From positions 6,955-70,954 of the forward strand of contig MU271330.1 of assembly GCA_021432655.1 (NCBI GenBank): a stretch of DNA of 64,000 nt, read 5' to 3'. This document shows, one piece after another, positions 24,911-38,980 of the stretch. The first letter of the stretch is position 1. The number at the start of each line of letters is the position of its first letter. The stretch comes from Atractiella rhizophila (Eukaryota). The notes below the pieces were generated by a model. It saw nothing but the letters and a program-made list of their open reading frames with translations. It searched no databases and was not told the origin of the DNA. The position numbers and the translations under genes are program-made.

Positions 24911-27469
24911 TGGTTTAGCAATTTATTATTGTATATGTTTCCGATTCAGTGCAGTTGTCTGTCATTGCATTTATCTTTACCAACTTGACCATTCGAGCGG
25001 TCCCCGCCGGAGCATCGAGAAACTTTCACCTCATCATCATCATATCTTGCGTCCCTTCTCCTTCATCTAGTTCTCGTCATGAGGTTGAAGGTCGATTCGT
25101 AGTGCTGGATCATCCTCTAGTCTGGCTTGGTTTGTAATAATCGGTATAAACTTCTGCTACAGCAAGTTAATGAGCCACATGCCTGGATGGATGATCCAGG
25201 CGTGTGTTGCACTTAGACATTTGTTTGAGGGAGCAAATCCAATTCTACGGCCGTCAGCTGGTTTCTTTGATGGTTTCTGGCGTGTTTTTGGGCCCAGACA
25301 TCGATAACGCCCCTAGAGACGGAACACGGAAAACATAATGAGCGTTTTCGAGGAGGAGGGCTTCCGATATGACCGTGGTGGGGAAGGGGTTTCTTGTTCT
25401 TCAAGGTCGACTCCGTCCTTCTGTTAACTCAGCCATCGAACGATCATTCTTCGACTTGCCTTCATATGACGATCATCCCATTAGACCAGGGCAGAGAAGG
25501 TGTTCAACTGGCTTCCATTGACTGTGTTCTAGAAGCTTTTTCAGCTCAAGCTTGGCCCAAGAGCCAACCTTGTTGCTCATCTACTTCAATGCCTTCACCT
25601 TGCTCACTTCCGTTTTCCCGGGTTGATCGACCATCCTGTGTCCAAATTAGAGGATTGGTAAGCCGTGGCTACCGTAACACGACTGACCAAGGTCATCACA
25701 CATGCAGGCCAATCCCAGAGGACACAAGAAGACCTGAGATCATGGAGAGATGAGACTCAGAAAGTTGCTGCAAACGATGGAGTTCGATGGAGTTGTCACA
25801 ATCTGAGCGAAAATGCAAAGATTTGTTTGGATATGCGCAGCCACAGATAGGGTTCCGCGACCGGTCATTGAAGCTAAATTTTATTTGGTCCCTTGTTGGC
25901 CCATAAAAAGGGTCCACGGAATCGACCACCTTCCCTCTGCTCCAATTCAACTCAGAAAGCACATAAGATGTCGATGAGAAAACGCTCAAACTCGAATTCT
26001 GGCGTCAAACGCATCACGCAAGGGAATAGAAATATTGGTGCGGCGGACGACGACGACGTGGTGGCTAGCGGGAGTGGAGGTAGGAAGAAGAAGAAAGGCG
26101 CGGATGGAGAGGAAAAGGATAGAGAGAATTATAGATATGTCAAAGTGCCTCAATTCTGGGGAAGCGAGAGGCAGAATGTGTGAGTATCTCTTCTCGTGCG
26201 GTGGGGTGGAAGGTAGGAAGGTTTGGAAATATTCGATTTGTGGACTCTTCTTCCTTCATCGCGTGCTTTTCTTATGATGCGCCTCCAATCCGAACGAGGC
26301 AATTATACCAACAGATTGGCTTGTTTTGAACTTGAAGTGTTCTTTCCTCATGTCCAAACGAGAAGGAGATTTGTTTTGTTTACAGATTTCGCCCTTTCAA
26401 TAACAGCGGAGAAGGCAAGTTGGGGTTCCAGAGGCGTTCAAATGTTTACGCCTCCAACGATCGCGACATGCGGTCAAAGACGCGCATTGTATCGCGAAAG
26501 TTCGCAGTGGGTGAGGACGCGCTGCGCCGTGATTTGACTCTTCTCTGCTTAATTGTGATTGCCAAACTTCCGTTGCACTTGTTCAGTAGGGTAGAGGCAC
26601 ACAAAGGGTTTGAGTGGTCATTGTGATGACCAATGCTGTGGGAGATTTGATATCGTGCTTCAACCTGTCATAGCTCCGCAATTCTGTCTCTGGCGCTGAC
26701 CAGTCGTCCCGGCGTTTTGCTTTTTCCTGAGCCCTGGTAACTTGTCAGACTCATATCGAGGTCCGCCTCGAAATATCTGTCGTGTCGACGTGCCCCTTTT
26801 CAGCAGGCCAGGTCAGGTCTGGCGATCCTTATCGAATTTTGCCAACAAACGTTGATCATTCTTCTAGCGAGCTTTTGCGGATAGCTGCGTATCTCTGCAC
26901 GTGAATCTCGTATCCTCTTGGTTCCAGAGATTTGTTGGCAGGAGTGGATTTAATCGGCGGGACTGGCAAAAGTCCTGCAACGGTGATTGCATGTTTTAGG
27001 TTGCGTCTGTTCTGTTGCTTAGAAAGGCTCGGGCGAAACTGAAAGGAGGGCGAATGACGTCCCACCCGATCGCCGTCGTTGACATTTCCAAGCGACCTCT
27101 GACCTGTCTGGAGAAGCGAAGGAAGCGTCAAGGATTGCCCCCGTTCATGATGAGAGCAGAACTTGACCCGTGTCTGGGGACGTGGAGATTTGCATCGTGA
27201 TGGAAGCGCAGCTCAGAAAGTTAAGGTTGAATCCAGCCCGGTGGAAGATGTGCTTTCCAAAGAATTCGGACACCCAATCTAAGGGTTATCTGTCGGATTT
27301 TCATCGATCCGACGAATTACCGTGTGCAAGTCCCTATGAAACGCCTTCTAGAATGTTAAGATTGCAATTTCGTGGCAGATCAAAGGCGACCTCATGATTT
27401 CATCCTCTTCTTGCTCTTGGATATATGAACCATTGCCTCGTCTCATTCCATCTTTCTCCCTTTGAACCA

Positions 27470-29902
27470 ATGGGTCGGAAATCCCTCCTCCGCATTTTAC
27501 CAGTTTCTGGGAATAAGCAAACTAATCATGTACCTGTGACCTTTGTGTCCCGTCGAAATGGCAGGAAATACAACCTCGACGTTCAGCAACAACCGAAGCA
27601 ATCCAGGATGTGCGGTTCGGGAGACAAAGCTGACAGAAGACCGATCGACCCTCCTCCAATAATCCGGCTCTCAATCTCTCATAATGGAGTGTCTGTCCCA
27701 CCTCCAGATTCTCATCTCGGGATTCAATCACCTTATTACTTCATGTTCGCTTCCCTTTGTACCGAATCTCACGAAGAACTCTACCTTTTGGCCACAACCA
27801 AAACGCGTTACGTGACCGGGACCACTGTCAGCAGCCTGTACCATCTCAGTGAGCCACCGAATGGGGACAGAGCAGCGTATTTCGTCTTTCCAGATATCGG
27901 GGTCAGGGTCGAAGGAGTGTATAAGTTCAAAATGACGATGTATGAGGTCTTAGGGTAAGTGTTCATTTTGGTTTTGAATCTTTCGCTGACGTATCGGGAG
28001 CAGTGACAAGGTTCACTATTGTGCTGAAATATTTACAGATAAGTTCTACGTCTATTCCGCAAAGGTATAAATGCTCTACGTGCCCTTTTACTTTCCTGAC
28101 ATAGCATGGTGTAGCGATTCCCTGGCATGGAACCCTCGACACCGATGACCAAGTCTCTGAGTCATCAAGGCATACGTCTCAGGATACGCAAGCCCATTCG
28201 GTGTGTTGTCACTGCCCACACATCCCTCCTGTCATGCTCATCCTAATGTAGGGTTCGAAGGCGCGGCGATGGAAATGTTCCTTCAAGCAAGCTTGCATTG
28301 CTTGATGAGGGAGGGACGGCTGAAGCGGATGAGGCTGACGAGAAGGATGAAGACGAACAAGAAAACGAGCTGGAGGACGATGAGCCTGAGCGTGTGGCAC
28401 CTCGTCGACGCGGTCGTGGATCCGCTGCCGGTGCTGGGAAAGGGCGAGGGAAGAAACCTTCTGCTAAGTCGGTGTACAACAAACGCATTAGAGAGGACGA
28501 AGGCGGCGCTGGAATCGCTCCAGAGTCCGACATTCGAAGCGAGAAGCGACCGAGGCTGGGAGATCCTCACTTCGAGATGTCATCTACAAGAACAGCGCTG
28601 CCTGGTCCAAGCAGCCTGGATGAGAAGGACAATTTGGCTCCTATCACGGAGCCTCAAAATTCTGGCCCATCTTCTCAACCAATTTCTCGAAGCCCAGAGC
28701 TGAGCAATCCCCCTGGAGATCATCGCTTTCCCTCTCAGTTCGCAGCTCGACAAACATATGGGGAAGGCGACTATCAGCAGCGAATGCCGCCAGATTCTCG
28801 TTACCCTGTGCCCTATCCTTCTAATATTCCTCCGCCGCCCAGCAATGGCTTCATGCCCCGCCCAGTAGACCCTACTTTCGATCGACCTCCCAACGACAGA
28901 GGGTTTCAACGTCCTCCACCGCCTTCCGGTCCTCCCGGTCCCCATGGGCCACCTCGTCGCCCAGATCTCGAGTATCAAAGAAGACCCTCTGATCCAGGTT
29001 TTTCACCAAACCCATATGATCGACCCGATCTCAATTTCGGAGCCAGTGCCCCATCGGTAGGTCCGGCGCCACCTCAAGGTGGGCCTCGTTTGCCGTCTAT
29101 TCGTGCACTTGAAGATCCCTACGCTGCACCTCGCCCAGAAAGTAATGTTACCGACGGCAGAAATGGCTACTTTGGGGGACCCGCAGTCCCTCCTCCACCT
29201 CACGGTCATCTCCCTGGTGCCCCAAGTTACGGTCTTCCGCAAGCTCCTTACCCTGGCCCTCAAAGGGGACCTAATCCACCGCGAGAGATTCCAGTTTCTC
29301 AACAGTCACCTATGCCTCCGCCTTCTTGGGATGCGCCATACTCAGCAGCATGGAATTTTCAAGGTGGTCGAAGATCGCCTCCTCCCACTACGATGTCCGG
29401 ACCTACAGATCGATTTCAGGGGAGACCTTACGATTCTGCCTTCGATTTTGGTCGCAGAGAGCCTTGGGATCCAAGGTACGCTGCACCATTCGATAGTCGA
29501 ATGGAGTTCAACCGGCCTGCCGTCCCTCCCATGCATGGGATCGACATACCAAGGGGACCTACTATGGAGGAATGGGACAGTCTGCGCGGAACGCCTGGAA
29601 TACCTACCGCAGCGTACGATGCAAGAAGTTACGCCCCCCCAAAACAGCATCAACCTGTTTACGGCTATCATGGAGGAAGAGACGCCTGGAGCGAACCACG
29701 TGAGAGGTGGGAGGACAGGTATGTGAAAATTGTTTACCATCAGGGTGGGACGGATTTGACGATGGGACACAGTCAATTTGCCTTCCAACCTCCTCCCCAG
29801 CATCACTTTCCCCCAGCCGGTGGACCTCCTCCTAGGATGGATTTGCCACCTCCTTCTGGAATTGTGGGACCGCCTGTCGCTCGCAACGAACGACGATACT
29901 AA
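27470..29902 (+). CDS. Velvet-domain regulator with long Pro-rich C-terminus
   Basis: YNLDVQQQPKQSRMCGSGDKADRRPIDPPPIIRL, PYYFMFASL, TGTTVSSLYHL, YFVFPDIGVRVEGVYKFK and VYSAKRFPGMEPST..QGIRLRIRK form a velvet domain. An in-frame upstream ATG at 27425 is an alternative start. Confidence 0.92.
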
Positions 29903-30489
29903 GCCTTCATGCTTTTCAGCTCTAAGGGACAACATGAATCTGACTTTATTCATCTTCCACTTCAATTTGTACTTCGTTTCATTCTGAGCATGTCATTTTA
30001 GTTTGCAGTTTTCAATCACCATCCCAATCTTCTCGATTCCAACTCATCCTTCCAACTCCAGAAAATCAGTTTGTATGCCTTCCTCTGCCTTAAGCGTCTT
30101 TTTTTGTGCTAATGCCGTGAGCTTTGGTACGGAATCAGTTCCCAACTTAAGTTGTATTCTATGTACTGGACATAGCCTCTCAGTCAGATGGTGGTAAGAG
30201 CCGTCTGATGGTAACGGAGTGCAATTCAAATAATTTCTGTCTCATTCCATATTTCACAGTTAGACAAGACAAAGCACCCGTGCAAGCAGAGCTATGTAAT
30301 CCTTAGATTTAACACGAATCCTAACATCACATCCGAACTTTCACAATTTCACAGTCCACAATTCAAAGAGTAAAGCTCTCAAGCCATGAATCAGTCGCAA
30401 CAACAACCAGCATTCAATCAACACACTCTGATACCTAATCCAATCCAGAACAATCCCCTCATCTCATTCCGCCCAATCCCAATTCCAGC

Positions 30490-33281
30490 TCAAGTCTCAG
30501 TGGTGGTTTTCGGCTTCGAAGCTGCGAGGATATCTTTAAAGATGTTGTCGATGACAGGGGTGGCAACCTGGCCTCTAAACGTCGCTCCCTCGCGTGAGGA
30601 GATCGAATTGGTGGAAGCGGACGTGTTTGACCTAGTCAGGTTGGTACCTGCAGCCGGAGGAGAATTCGAGGACGAGGCTCGACCTGGCGCCCTGTTGACT
30701 GTATTTCCAAGGTAGGTCGTCGCCGGCCGTGGAGTCGAGCCCAGAGTTGATGCCCTTGCTTGTGACTGGGGAGGGGTGGGAGAGGGATTTCGGTTGGGGA
30801 GGGCGTTTGGAGCTGGACTTGGTGAGTCATTCGCGTTGTTCTGGGTCCTCGACGACTGATTTGCCCTCTCCAACTCCTCGCTCCTCCCAATACTTTGATC
30901 CGCATACGGGTTCAATTCGCTCCAGCTGCTCCTCCTCCCAAGTCCCTGCGCTGCTCCAGCTGCTCCTCCCACAGCCCCACTTCCCATGACCGCGAGCGTT
31001 TGAGGTCTCGTGGGACGCGATGCGTTTGCGGCTGTGGGGTCGAAATCCAGGAATCGGTTTCGTCTCAGACCTGGGACCAAAGGAGCGATCGGTGGTGGGG
31101 AGTTGAGTGCTGCCCCAGGGGAAAGAGGAGGGGGAGTGAATGCGATCCCTGGATTCTGGGCTGTGGCTTCGACGGGCGAGATCGGCGGAGGAGGATCGTT
31201 GGGTATGGAGAGCGGAGGCGCTGTGGAGGTTGAAGCGACGGTTGAGGGAGCGGAGATGGTTGGTGGTGGGGGAGGGGACGTCGAGATTGTGACTGTCGGT
31301 CGTTGACGAGCTTCCATGACTTGCTGAGTGAATTCGTCCTGGTATATCTTTCCCCTAGAATAACCAGGCAAGGCGTCTCCAGGATCGACAGTGAGTACGT
31401 CGGCTTCGAAGAGGTTGATCTCGCCACCGTTGGACACCACATTCTCCAATATCGTCCTCCTGATGTTCTCCAACTCCACCCTTCGACCCATAAGCAAGAT
31501 AGCCCCTTGCTTCAATCGCGGCTTGAGGGCGTTCAGACGTCGCTTACACCCCGTCAATGCAGAATCGAGCAAGGTACCCGCGGTCTTGATTCGTCCAATA
31601 GCTTCACGCATCTTCTCCTGATACTTCGCCTCCTGTACCATCCCAACCGTCAATCCTCTCTTTCAAATGCAGACAAAATAGAAAAAGAGCAAAGGAAGGA
31701 GAGGACGGCACAGAACTTACGCTAGCCGCCGCGTTGAGGAAGATGTCGGTGAAGAAATCACCTCCCGGCGGTTGGATCGGAGGGATGACGATGGGGAAGC
31801 TAGGTGAAGCCTGACCCGCCTGTCCAACGAGGAGATGAAATTTCATAGCGTGTGCGGAAGCCCTTCCCAAGCGAGAAGCGTCAAAGGTTTCAGCGCGGTT
31901 GGCGTTGCCGCTTATGACTTCGAATCCGTAGTACGACTTGGCCTTCATTCATTCGCCAAATCGTATGGGTCAGCATTGGATGGATGTGATGGGAAAGGAA
32001 AGGAGAGTGGATTGGAAACGCACCTCTTGTGCGAGCTTGAAACAGTCTAGCCACTCTTTCTCGGCTTTCGTCAGAAGTTCGAGGACCAGACTTTCGCGGT
32101 TCAGTTCGCTTTGGGCCTGCGGAACGCAGACACAACACACAAAGAAAACAAGCTGTTGGTGACGATGTTCTAAGAGGGAAAGGAGGGTGGAGGGACGCAC
32201 GACGTTGTACTCCTGTTGAGCGAGCCGCAGCTGCTCTTCAGCCTCATCTTCCGCCGGGAACTCTGCAATGCGATCTTCAGCTTCTGTCTTCTGACACGGA
32301 ATGAGAGGGACGAACCGGGTGTGTCTCCTCCAAAAGCGCGACTGTAAAGCTCCTCGATCTTGTTCCTGATATCTTCCAACTCTTCAAGTTTGAGTTGAAG
32401 TTCGGCTTCCTGTTTCCGTGTCCCAGAAGCGGTGAGTAAGAATCGTGTTGTGGAAAAGGAGGAGGGGAGGCACCTTGTTCTTTTCCTCCTTGAGTTCCGT
32501 AGCAAGAACTCCATACGCCGCCTTCCCCTCTCTCTCGTTCCTGAATGCCTACATTGTGTATCAGTGTCAAATGGACGAGGTATTGATGGCGGAGAGGAAA
32601 GAACTGACGGCGAGGTACTCCTCTTCTTCCTTAGAGATCTTCTTCTCCAAATTCCCTTTGCCGCCAGCTGACAACTTGGCGAAGAACTGTTTCGTTCCCT
32701 TCCTGGACAGCGCCGCAAACTCCTTATATTCCTTCTTCCTATACATAACGCCAAGCCAAGTCAATCAGACTTTGATGTTTAAAGAAGAGATGGAGGGTGA
32801 GACGGACGTTGCCTCCTCCAGCTTATCGATCTCGGTTTGCTTCTCCTCTATATCCTTTCCGAGCTTCTCGATTCGTTCTTGACAGGATTTGAGGGCGGGA
32901 CGGACGTAATCGAGCTGGCACATCATATGTACCAAAGTTTTGTGCTGTACGCGATCCCGTCAGTCTCTCCTCCTTCCAATTATTCGTGAAATCAAATGTA
33001 AAGAGGGGTGATGGAATTGAGCTGGAGGAGATGAAGAGGAAACAAAGAATGGATGGAAGGAGAGGAAAGAGGAGACGGACCTCTTCTGCCGTTTCTGCGA
33101 ATCGAGTCGTGCTCCCATTGGGATCGATGGGTTCCCTGTCCCTCGCTGGTGATTGAGGCTGCGATTGAGGAGATTGTGGAGGGGGTTCCTGAGGGAAGTC
33201 TTGCGGAGGAGGTTCCTGGGGAGGTTGAAAGGCATCTTCGTGGGTCGTGCCGCCAGCAGAAAGAGGTGGTGGATCTGCCAT
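30490..33281 (-). CDS. Hypothetical coiled-coil protein with Pro/Ser-rich termini
   Basis: Chain of minus-strand exons with GT-AG introns, from MADPPPLSAGG (33281) through helical segments (RRKEYKEF, LEDIRNKIEELYSRAFGG, RAETFD) to a 387-aa final ORF. Confidence 0.7.
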
Positions 33282-33657
33282 GTTGTTGAAGCCCTTTGTT
33301 GAAGACTTGGTTGATATCTTTTGTTGGGGACCGGTAAGGAAAGGTGGTTTTATGGAAGGGGATAAGGGTCAGGATAAGGGTAATAACAGGTAATAGCGGA
33401 GTGGGAAGGAACAGATCTCGAATGCGATGACCACCATTTCATGACCAACAGCCTCAGTCCCTTAAGGTAGTCTTCAGAGGCTTCACATTTCGCATCCTAC
33501 ATCCTAGCAGGGCATAATTATTATCGTGGAGTGGTAGAGACTCAGGGAAACGCTGTCTGAAAGGTGCAAAGGTGAGTGTCAAATTCGCCATGGGTCTACT
33601 TCCACCAACTCCACCGATTCAGCCCACAAAACCATCCAAAGCAGCGTCTAAAGCACG

Positions 33658-36358
33658 ATGTCCCAACCAGTCGCTTCCACGTCCTATCTCCCTCCGCCGC
33701 CCTCCCAAACTGCAGCACCAAACCAAAACCTCAGCCTCCCAAGCGCCAGCACAACGGCAGAGGGGACACCCATCCCTCGCTTCACTCCTCCTCCAAACCG
33801 CCCAAGAGCAAGCTCACCTCCTCCGCTCCTTCCGAGACAACGAAGACGACGCACGCTCCGAAGCCTCCGACGACTCAGAAGGCGACCCTGCAAAGATGAG
33901 CTCGACGCTTTCCTCTCCTCCTCCAATGCCAATGGTCCGGATGCAACCCAGGGTGGAAGAGGAGGAGGAGGGACAGGGATGAGGATAGAAGCGAGCGATC
34001 CGTACCTATCCACTCTGCTCTCCCATCCTCTACCAACCTTGCTCTCCCTCCCCACCACCCTCAAAAGCTCGCTCTCCACCCTCTCCACCTCGCTCTCCTC
34101 TCTGTCGCACAAATCTTACTCTGTCTTTTTGCGCGCTCACGAGTCAGCCGACAAGCTCGATTCTGGATTGGACGCCCTCAGACGGAGCGCGGAGCAGGTG
34201 AGAGGAAAAACCGTGGAGGATTTGAGGGATGGTGTCCGGCGATTCGTCGGTTCTTCCCTCCCACACGAGAAAGAGAGAAAGGGGAAAGGGCGTGAGGCAT
34301 CTCAGGAGGAGGACGATGTAGCCGTAGCGGCGCAGAGAGAGGGAGAGGAGGGAGAAGGAGAGGAAGGGATGGAACAGATCCTACGAGAGCGAGATCAGCT
34401 CGTGAACCTCAACTCTTCCCTCCTCCCCAAAGTCTTAGACCTGATCTCGCTCCCTTCTCACGTCTCCAATTGCGTCCGAACAAACCAATGGACCGAAGCT
34501 CTCGAACTCTTCGACCTCCTCAAACGTCTCCTCAACACCTATTCCTCCTCAGGACAAGGAGGAGGAAGTGGAGAAAAGTTGTTGGGAAGCCTTTATGCGC
34601 AGACGAAGATTGAGATCTTGGGTCTTAGGAGTTTGGTCGTCGCCACGCTCAGGGAGAGGGGACTCAAGCTACCGTCGGCGGTGAGGTGTGTTGGGCTGTT
34701 GAGGAGGATGGAAGCTGTGGATGAGTTTTCGTCTAATGACCCAAATACCGCTCCCACATCTCTCCTATCACCTCCTCTATCTTCCTTCCCATCATTCTCC
34801 TCGTTATCGTCGCTTCCGTCGTCCTCGTCGGGAGAGGAGATGGAGAAACAGCTCCGGCTCATCTTCCTCCTCGCCAGGCTGTCCTGCCTCCACGACCAAG
34901 TGGGACAGATCGATTCACAGCTGGAACATCTCGGTGTTCTCGGTGGAGGCGCTGGTGGGAGTGCTGGCATAGGAGGGGAGGGAGGTGTGGAGGTCGAGAA
35001 TGAGGAGAGAGTGAAAGGGACGAAGAGGTGGATCGAAGTCTGGAGGGAGGTGGTCGGTGAAGCTTGTGGGATGTTCCTGGGCATCTTTCCCCCAAATCCA
35101 AATTCGTTCGTCTCCTCATCATTCATTTCTTCTTCCCTACCTCCCTTCCTCATTTTATGATGCTGAGTTGACGATTGGGTGACGTGACAGTGCACCGACG
35201 GATTCGTCAGAAGAAAACCACTCGTTTTCCCTCCCTCCATCTCCATCTCCTCTCCCCCACTTCCTCTCTCATACCCTCTCCCTCCTCCATCTCCACCTCT
35301 CCACCAACCTCGTCCACCTCTCCTCCGCCTCCACCCTCTCCTCCCTCCTCACCCAACTCTCCTACTGCTCCGACAGCTTCTCCCGTTACGGATTCGCCTT
35401 CAAATCCCTCCTCTCCCCCCTCCTCATCGACCGCCTCCGGGAGGTGTTGACGACGAGAATGCGAGAAGGAGGGAGGACGTTTGTGGATACGTTGAGGTTG
35501 AAGAGGGAGGAAGGGGTGAGGAGACAGCTTTGGAGAAGACATTCGAGGATGGGAAGCAAGGTCTATAATTATGAGAGCTACGATTTGAAGGCTCGTCATC
35601 AACTCCAAGATTGGCTGATCGCCCCGGATTCGTTAGACAAACTCTTAGCCCTGTCGTCGAACCAGTTGCCCGGAAAAGAGAGCTTGAAGGACGGATTCAC
35701 TCATCTCCCTCCTCCGCTGTTGTCCCTCTTCCCCCCACTCGCAAAACTCGTCAACTCCCAAGCTGCAGCCCTGAACGAACTGCGACTGCTCCCCGCCATA
35801 GCACTCAAATCTCAAATAGAGATCATTCAGAAAGAAATCCTGCGGGAAGCGGCAGAGGAGATTTCCAAGTTCTGGAACGGAGAAGTGGGCGACGGACGCT
35901 CCTCTGATGCTGTTGGGGCGAAGGAGGATGGTTGGAAGCAAGAGGAGGAGGAGGAGGGAGGAGATGAAGAGGAGAGGAGGGAGATGATGGAGGATAAGAA
36001 GCGGAAGAGACGGATCGTCTACATCTTCCTCTCCCTATACGCTCGCACAGTCGTACCTTGGTGTCTATCGGCCCTCCGCACAGGCATCTATAACGAGCGG
36101 CCGTCGTCTGGATGGGAGGGATGGAAGGAGGTGACGGAAGGGTGTGAGGAGATATTGGCGCGGGAGGAGGGAACAACGGAGAAGAAGGGGTCCAATGGAC
36201 TACCGGTGACGAATGGATCGCATGGGAACGGAATCTTGGAGGGGAAGGAGGAAAAGGAAGCGGCTAAGGCAGATGCGGCTAAGGCAGAGCTCAAAAGCAA
36301 ATATTTGAAAAAAATGGAAGCGTTAAAGGAGGCTGGGAGGGTATCACATGTCGCATAA
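33658..36358 (+). CDS. COG8: Conserved oligomeric Golgi complex subunit 8 (Dor1 family)
   Basis: DPYLSTLLS.PL..LLS, VLDLISLPSHVSNCVRTNQWTEALEL, LRERGLKLPSAVRCVGLLRRM, LRLIFLLAR, KRWIEVWRE, LTQLSYCSDSFSRYG and FPPLAKLVNS..ALNELRL. Confidence 0.88.
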
Positions 36359-36485
36359 TCATCCATTCTTCATTTCGTCGTCAAGAAATCCAATTTTACT
36401 CTATTCAGATCGCTCAAATGCTCCGTTGTGTACACCGCAAGGGCAGAACGCAATTCCGGAGAAGTGAGAGGAACGGAGAACGATT

Positions 36486-38980
36486 TTACTTCTTGAGCCC
36501 GTCCCAGTAATTGTTGCCGTATCCAAAGAACAGCTCACTTCCTGCCTCAATGTTGGTCTCAGCGTAAAATGGAATATGAAGCTCTCCTCTGACCACGACA
36601 GCTAAACAAGATAACTCGTTAGCCAGACATTGGAATGGAATGGAAAACTAGTACTGTCAGGTTGGACATTGCTTTTGGCTCCAGTGATCCCATGAGGATC
36701 ATTGACGAATCGAGTCTTCGTCCCAAATCGAAAGCTGTCAATGATATGGTCTAACGCCGTACGTCAAATGTAAGTAAGAAGGAATGAGTGAAATGCAGCC
36801 GAAGACAAACCTGGTCGTTTTGGTCCTCTCCTCTCCTCTGTCACCGACGCCTTTTTGTTCGGCGATTGCTCGTGTGCATCGAAAAGGTATGACTGTAAGA
36901 ATCAGCTCGCATCCTCCTCCAGAATGGAAATAGAAAAATTACGGATCCCAATGCATTGTAGTAGCGACTGAAGCCGCGTAAGTGCATAGCCCAGAACGAG
37001 GGATCAATGATCTCACAATCTTCGTCCCTCTTCAGAGGGATTGACCACTTCGCCAGCATAATCTCCAATGAAATCTCCTAGAGAACTGCTGAGCCATACT
37101 CCTACCCTGGGATGGTAAGCCCGCACCTCGTTTTGCCTTCTGAAGAAGTGCAAGCCCAAATCCGTATTTCGAGGCAACAATTTTGGTAGACTGGAACCAA
37201 CAAGTGAATAGTTACTGAGATTCAAAAAAGGTGACAGATACCTTTGACCGCTGTTCCTGAATGGACACATTGCTGCATTCGGACGGCCCGTTGATCTCAT
37301 CGCACCGCTGACAAAGGTCCATATCGCACTCCCTTTTGTTTTGTCGGCATTGGCACGAATCCTCGAAACGACAATTTGCTCCTCTTGATGTGCAATCACA
37401 GCCCCTAAATCGGCGCGGGCCTGTCTCATTGGAACTAGTGAGATACTCGGATTTGTCGACATGGTAATTGAGAAGCTTACAGGACGGATCGCACTGGCAC
37501 CACTTATCGCAGAAGCTATGAACATCATCACATGTGCACTCCGGCCCAAGGCAATCTCCAGGATGGCAGCAAGGCTCGTACCTCCGCGACATATTAGTCA
37601 GGGGGCAGCAAAGCGAATCTCAAGAAAAGGTACCGGCCATTCCAATAGCGAGGGATTTTGATCTGGTACTTTTCTATAACTTGCCCAATCTCTTCTACGA
37701 TATAAGCCTCCGTTTCAGCAACTCTAATCCGGTGAAGGATGTACAAACCTGTGCTTTTGAATGGGACAGACTGCTTAAATAGCAACACCCTCTTCCTATC
37801 CGACATGTGCTGTTCTGCCATCTGTCCATCCTTCCATTTCGCGGGCTCTACTCATTATTCGTTTATTCTGTGCAACTCCAGAGAAGAGAGAAGACCTACG
37901 ATGTCCCCGATTACAGTTAAACATGAAGCATCTTGAGCACCATCCAAATGCTGAGTCTTCTTGGTCGAAGACGTTATTGGAAAGATTGATAGTGTATTTG
38001 CCAGGCAGCCGGAGTTTCATCACACTATGAACCCCGTCAACCAGCTGATGGCAGGAGGGAGCAGGAGAAGTATGACAGACTGAGCTACGAATGTGATTGA
38101 ATTCTGGATTTCGTCGTCGGGGAGTGAGCACCTCAGCATCTCTTCCCACTTTCCAAACACATCCCCTTCATGCCTCAGTCTGTGATGCCATTCAGGCAGA
38201 ATGCCGTCGCAGGCTTTTAGAATTTCGAGTATCGTGGTTCTCTGCGGCTGTAGTTCAGTCTGCTGAGGCCCTTTCAATTTCGCTTTGCCTTTGGATTTGG
38301 ACTTCGCCAAAGTCGACGTGGACTGACGGAGTTCGTTTTCGAGGATTGTTCTGAGATCCTTCTCATCGAGGTCGAAATGTCTTAAGATATCAAGAAGAAC
38401 TCGATAAAGTAACTTGTACCCTTCATTGCCATGGCATATGAGCTCGTTGCCTCAGAGCAAGAAGGGAGAATGTACGCACGATTAATATCTTGGACTCGAA
38501 CCTTCAGCCGCGCCACTCGAGATTTCATCCATTCCTTCTTCTTCCTCTCTTGCTGACTTGGCACTGGCGAAAATAGAGGTTCCCTATCAAAAGGCACAGT
38601 TTCGCCTTTGAAACTTTCGCTGGCGTATATAACACTTTTATAGCGTTGAGGATAGTAAGTCACTTGCTTCGAGTCGGAAAGCATCTTCCCCACTGGCGTG
38701 ATCTCACGCTGCGCATCCAAGCTGGGATCATCGTTCTGTGGTCATATTTTTTGATTAGGCTCGAAGATTGAACGCAGGAGACTCACGTAAGGATCTGTTT
38801 CGTGCGGCGGGAAGCGCAGGAGCCATGTTGGTGTTGTTGTTCCAATTTCCTAGTAAGAAATTACACAGAGGGAAAGAAAAGCCGGTAAACTTACCCGGAA
38901 AGTTCTAATTCGTTTTTCTCTCAACTCCGCTTCATACTCCTCAAGTATCTTCTCTGGATCGATGAAGCGATTCTGAACCA
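36486..38980 (-). CDS. Enhancer-of-zeste (EZH2/KMT6/SET-7)-like H3K27 methyltransferase, CXC + SET domains; 5' end uncertain, may extend to about 39840
   Basis: WCSRCFMFNCNRGH (cf. EZH2 CRRCFKYDC.LH); CXC region YEPCCHPGDC..CTC....FCDKWCQCDPSCPRRFRGCDC...CQCRQNKRECDMDLC..C..CSNVSIQ; SET region DFIGDYAGEVV, IIDSFRFGTKTRFVND and IEAGSELFFGYGNNYW. Confidence 0.85.

Noticed and set aside
26615..26702. Possible C/D-box snoRNA (GTGATGA ... CTGA with short terminal complementarity) and TGGTCAT-tgtg-ATGACCA hairpin
   Set aside because: No rRNA-complementary guide or convincing C'/D' boxes could be identified; motifs this short occur by chance.
24950..27400. Short ORFs between VPS20 and the velvet gene
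   Set aside because: No coherent exon chain or recognisable motifs; probably regulatory or UTR sequence.
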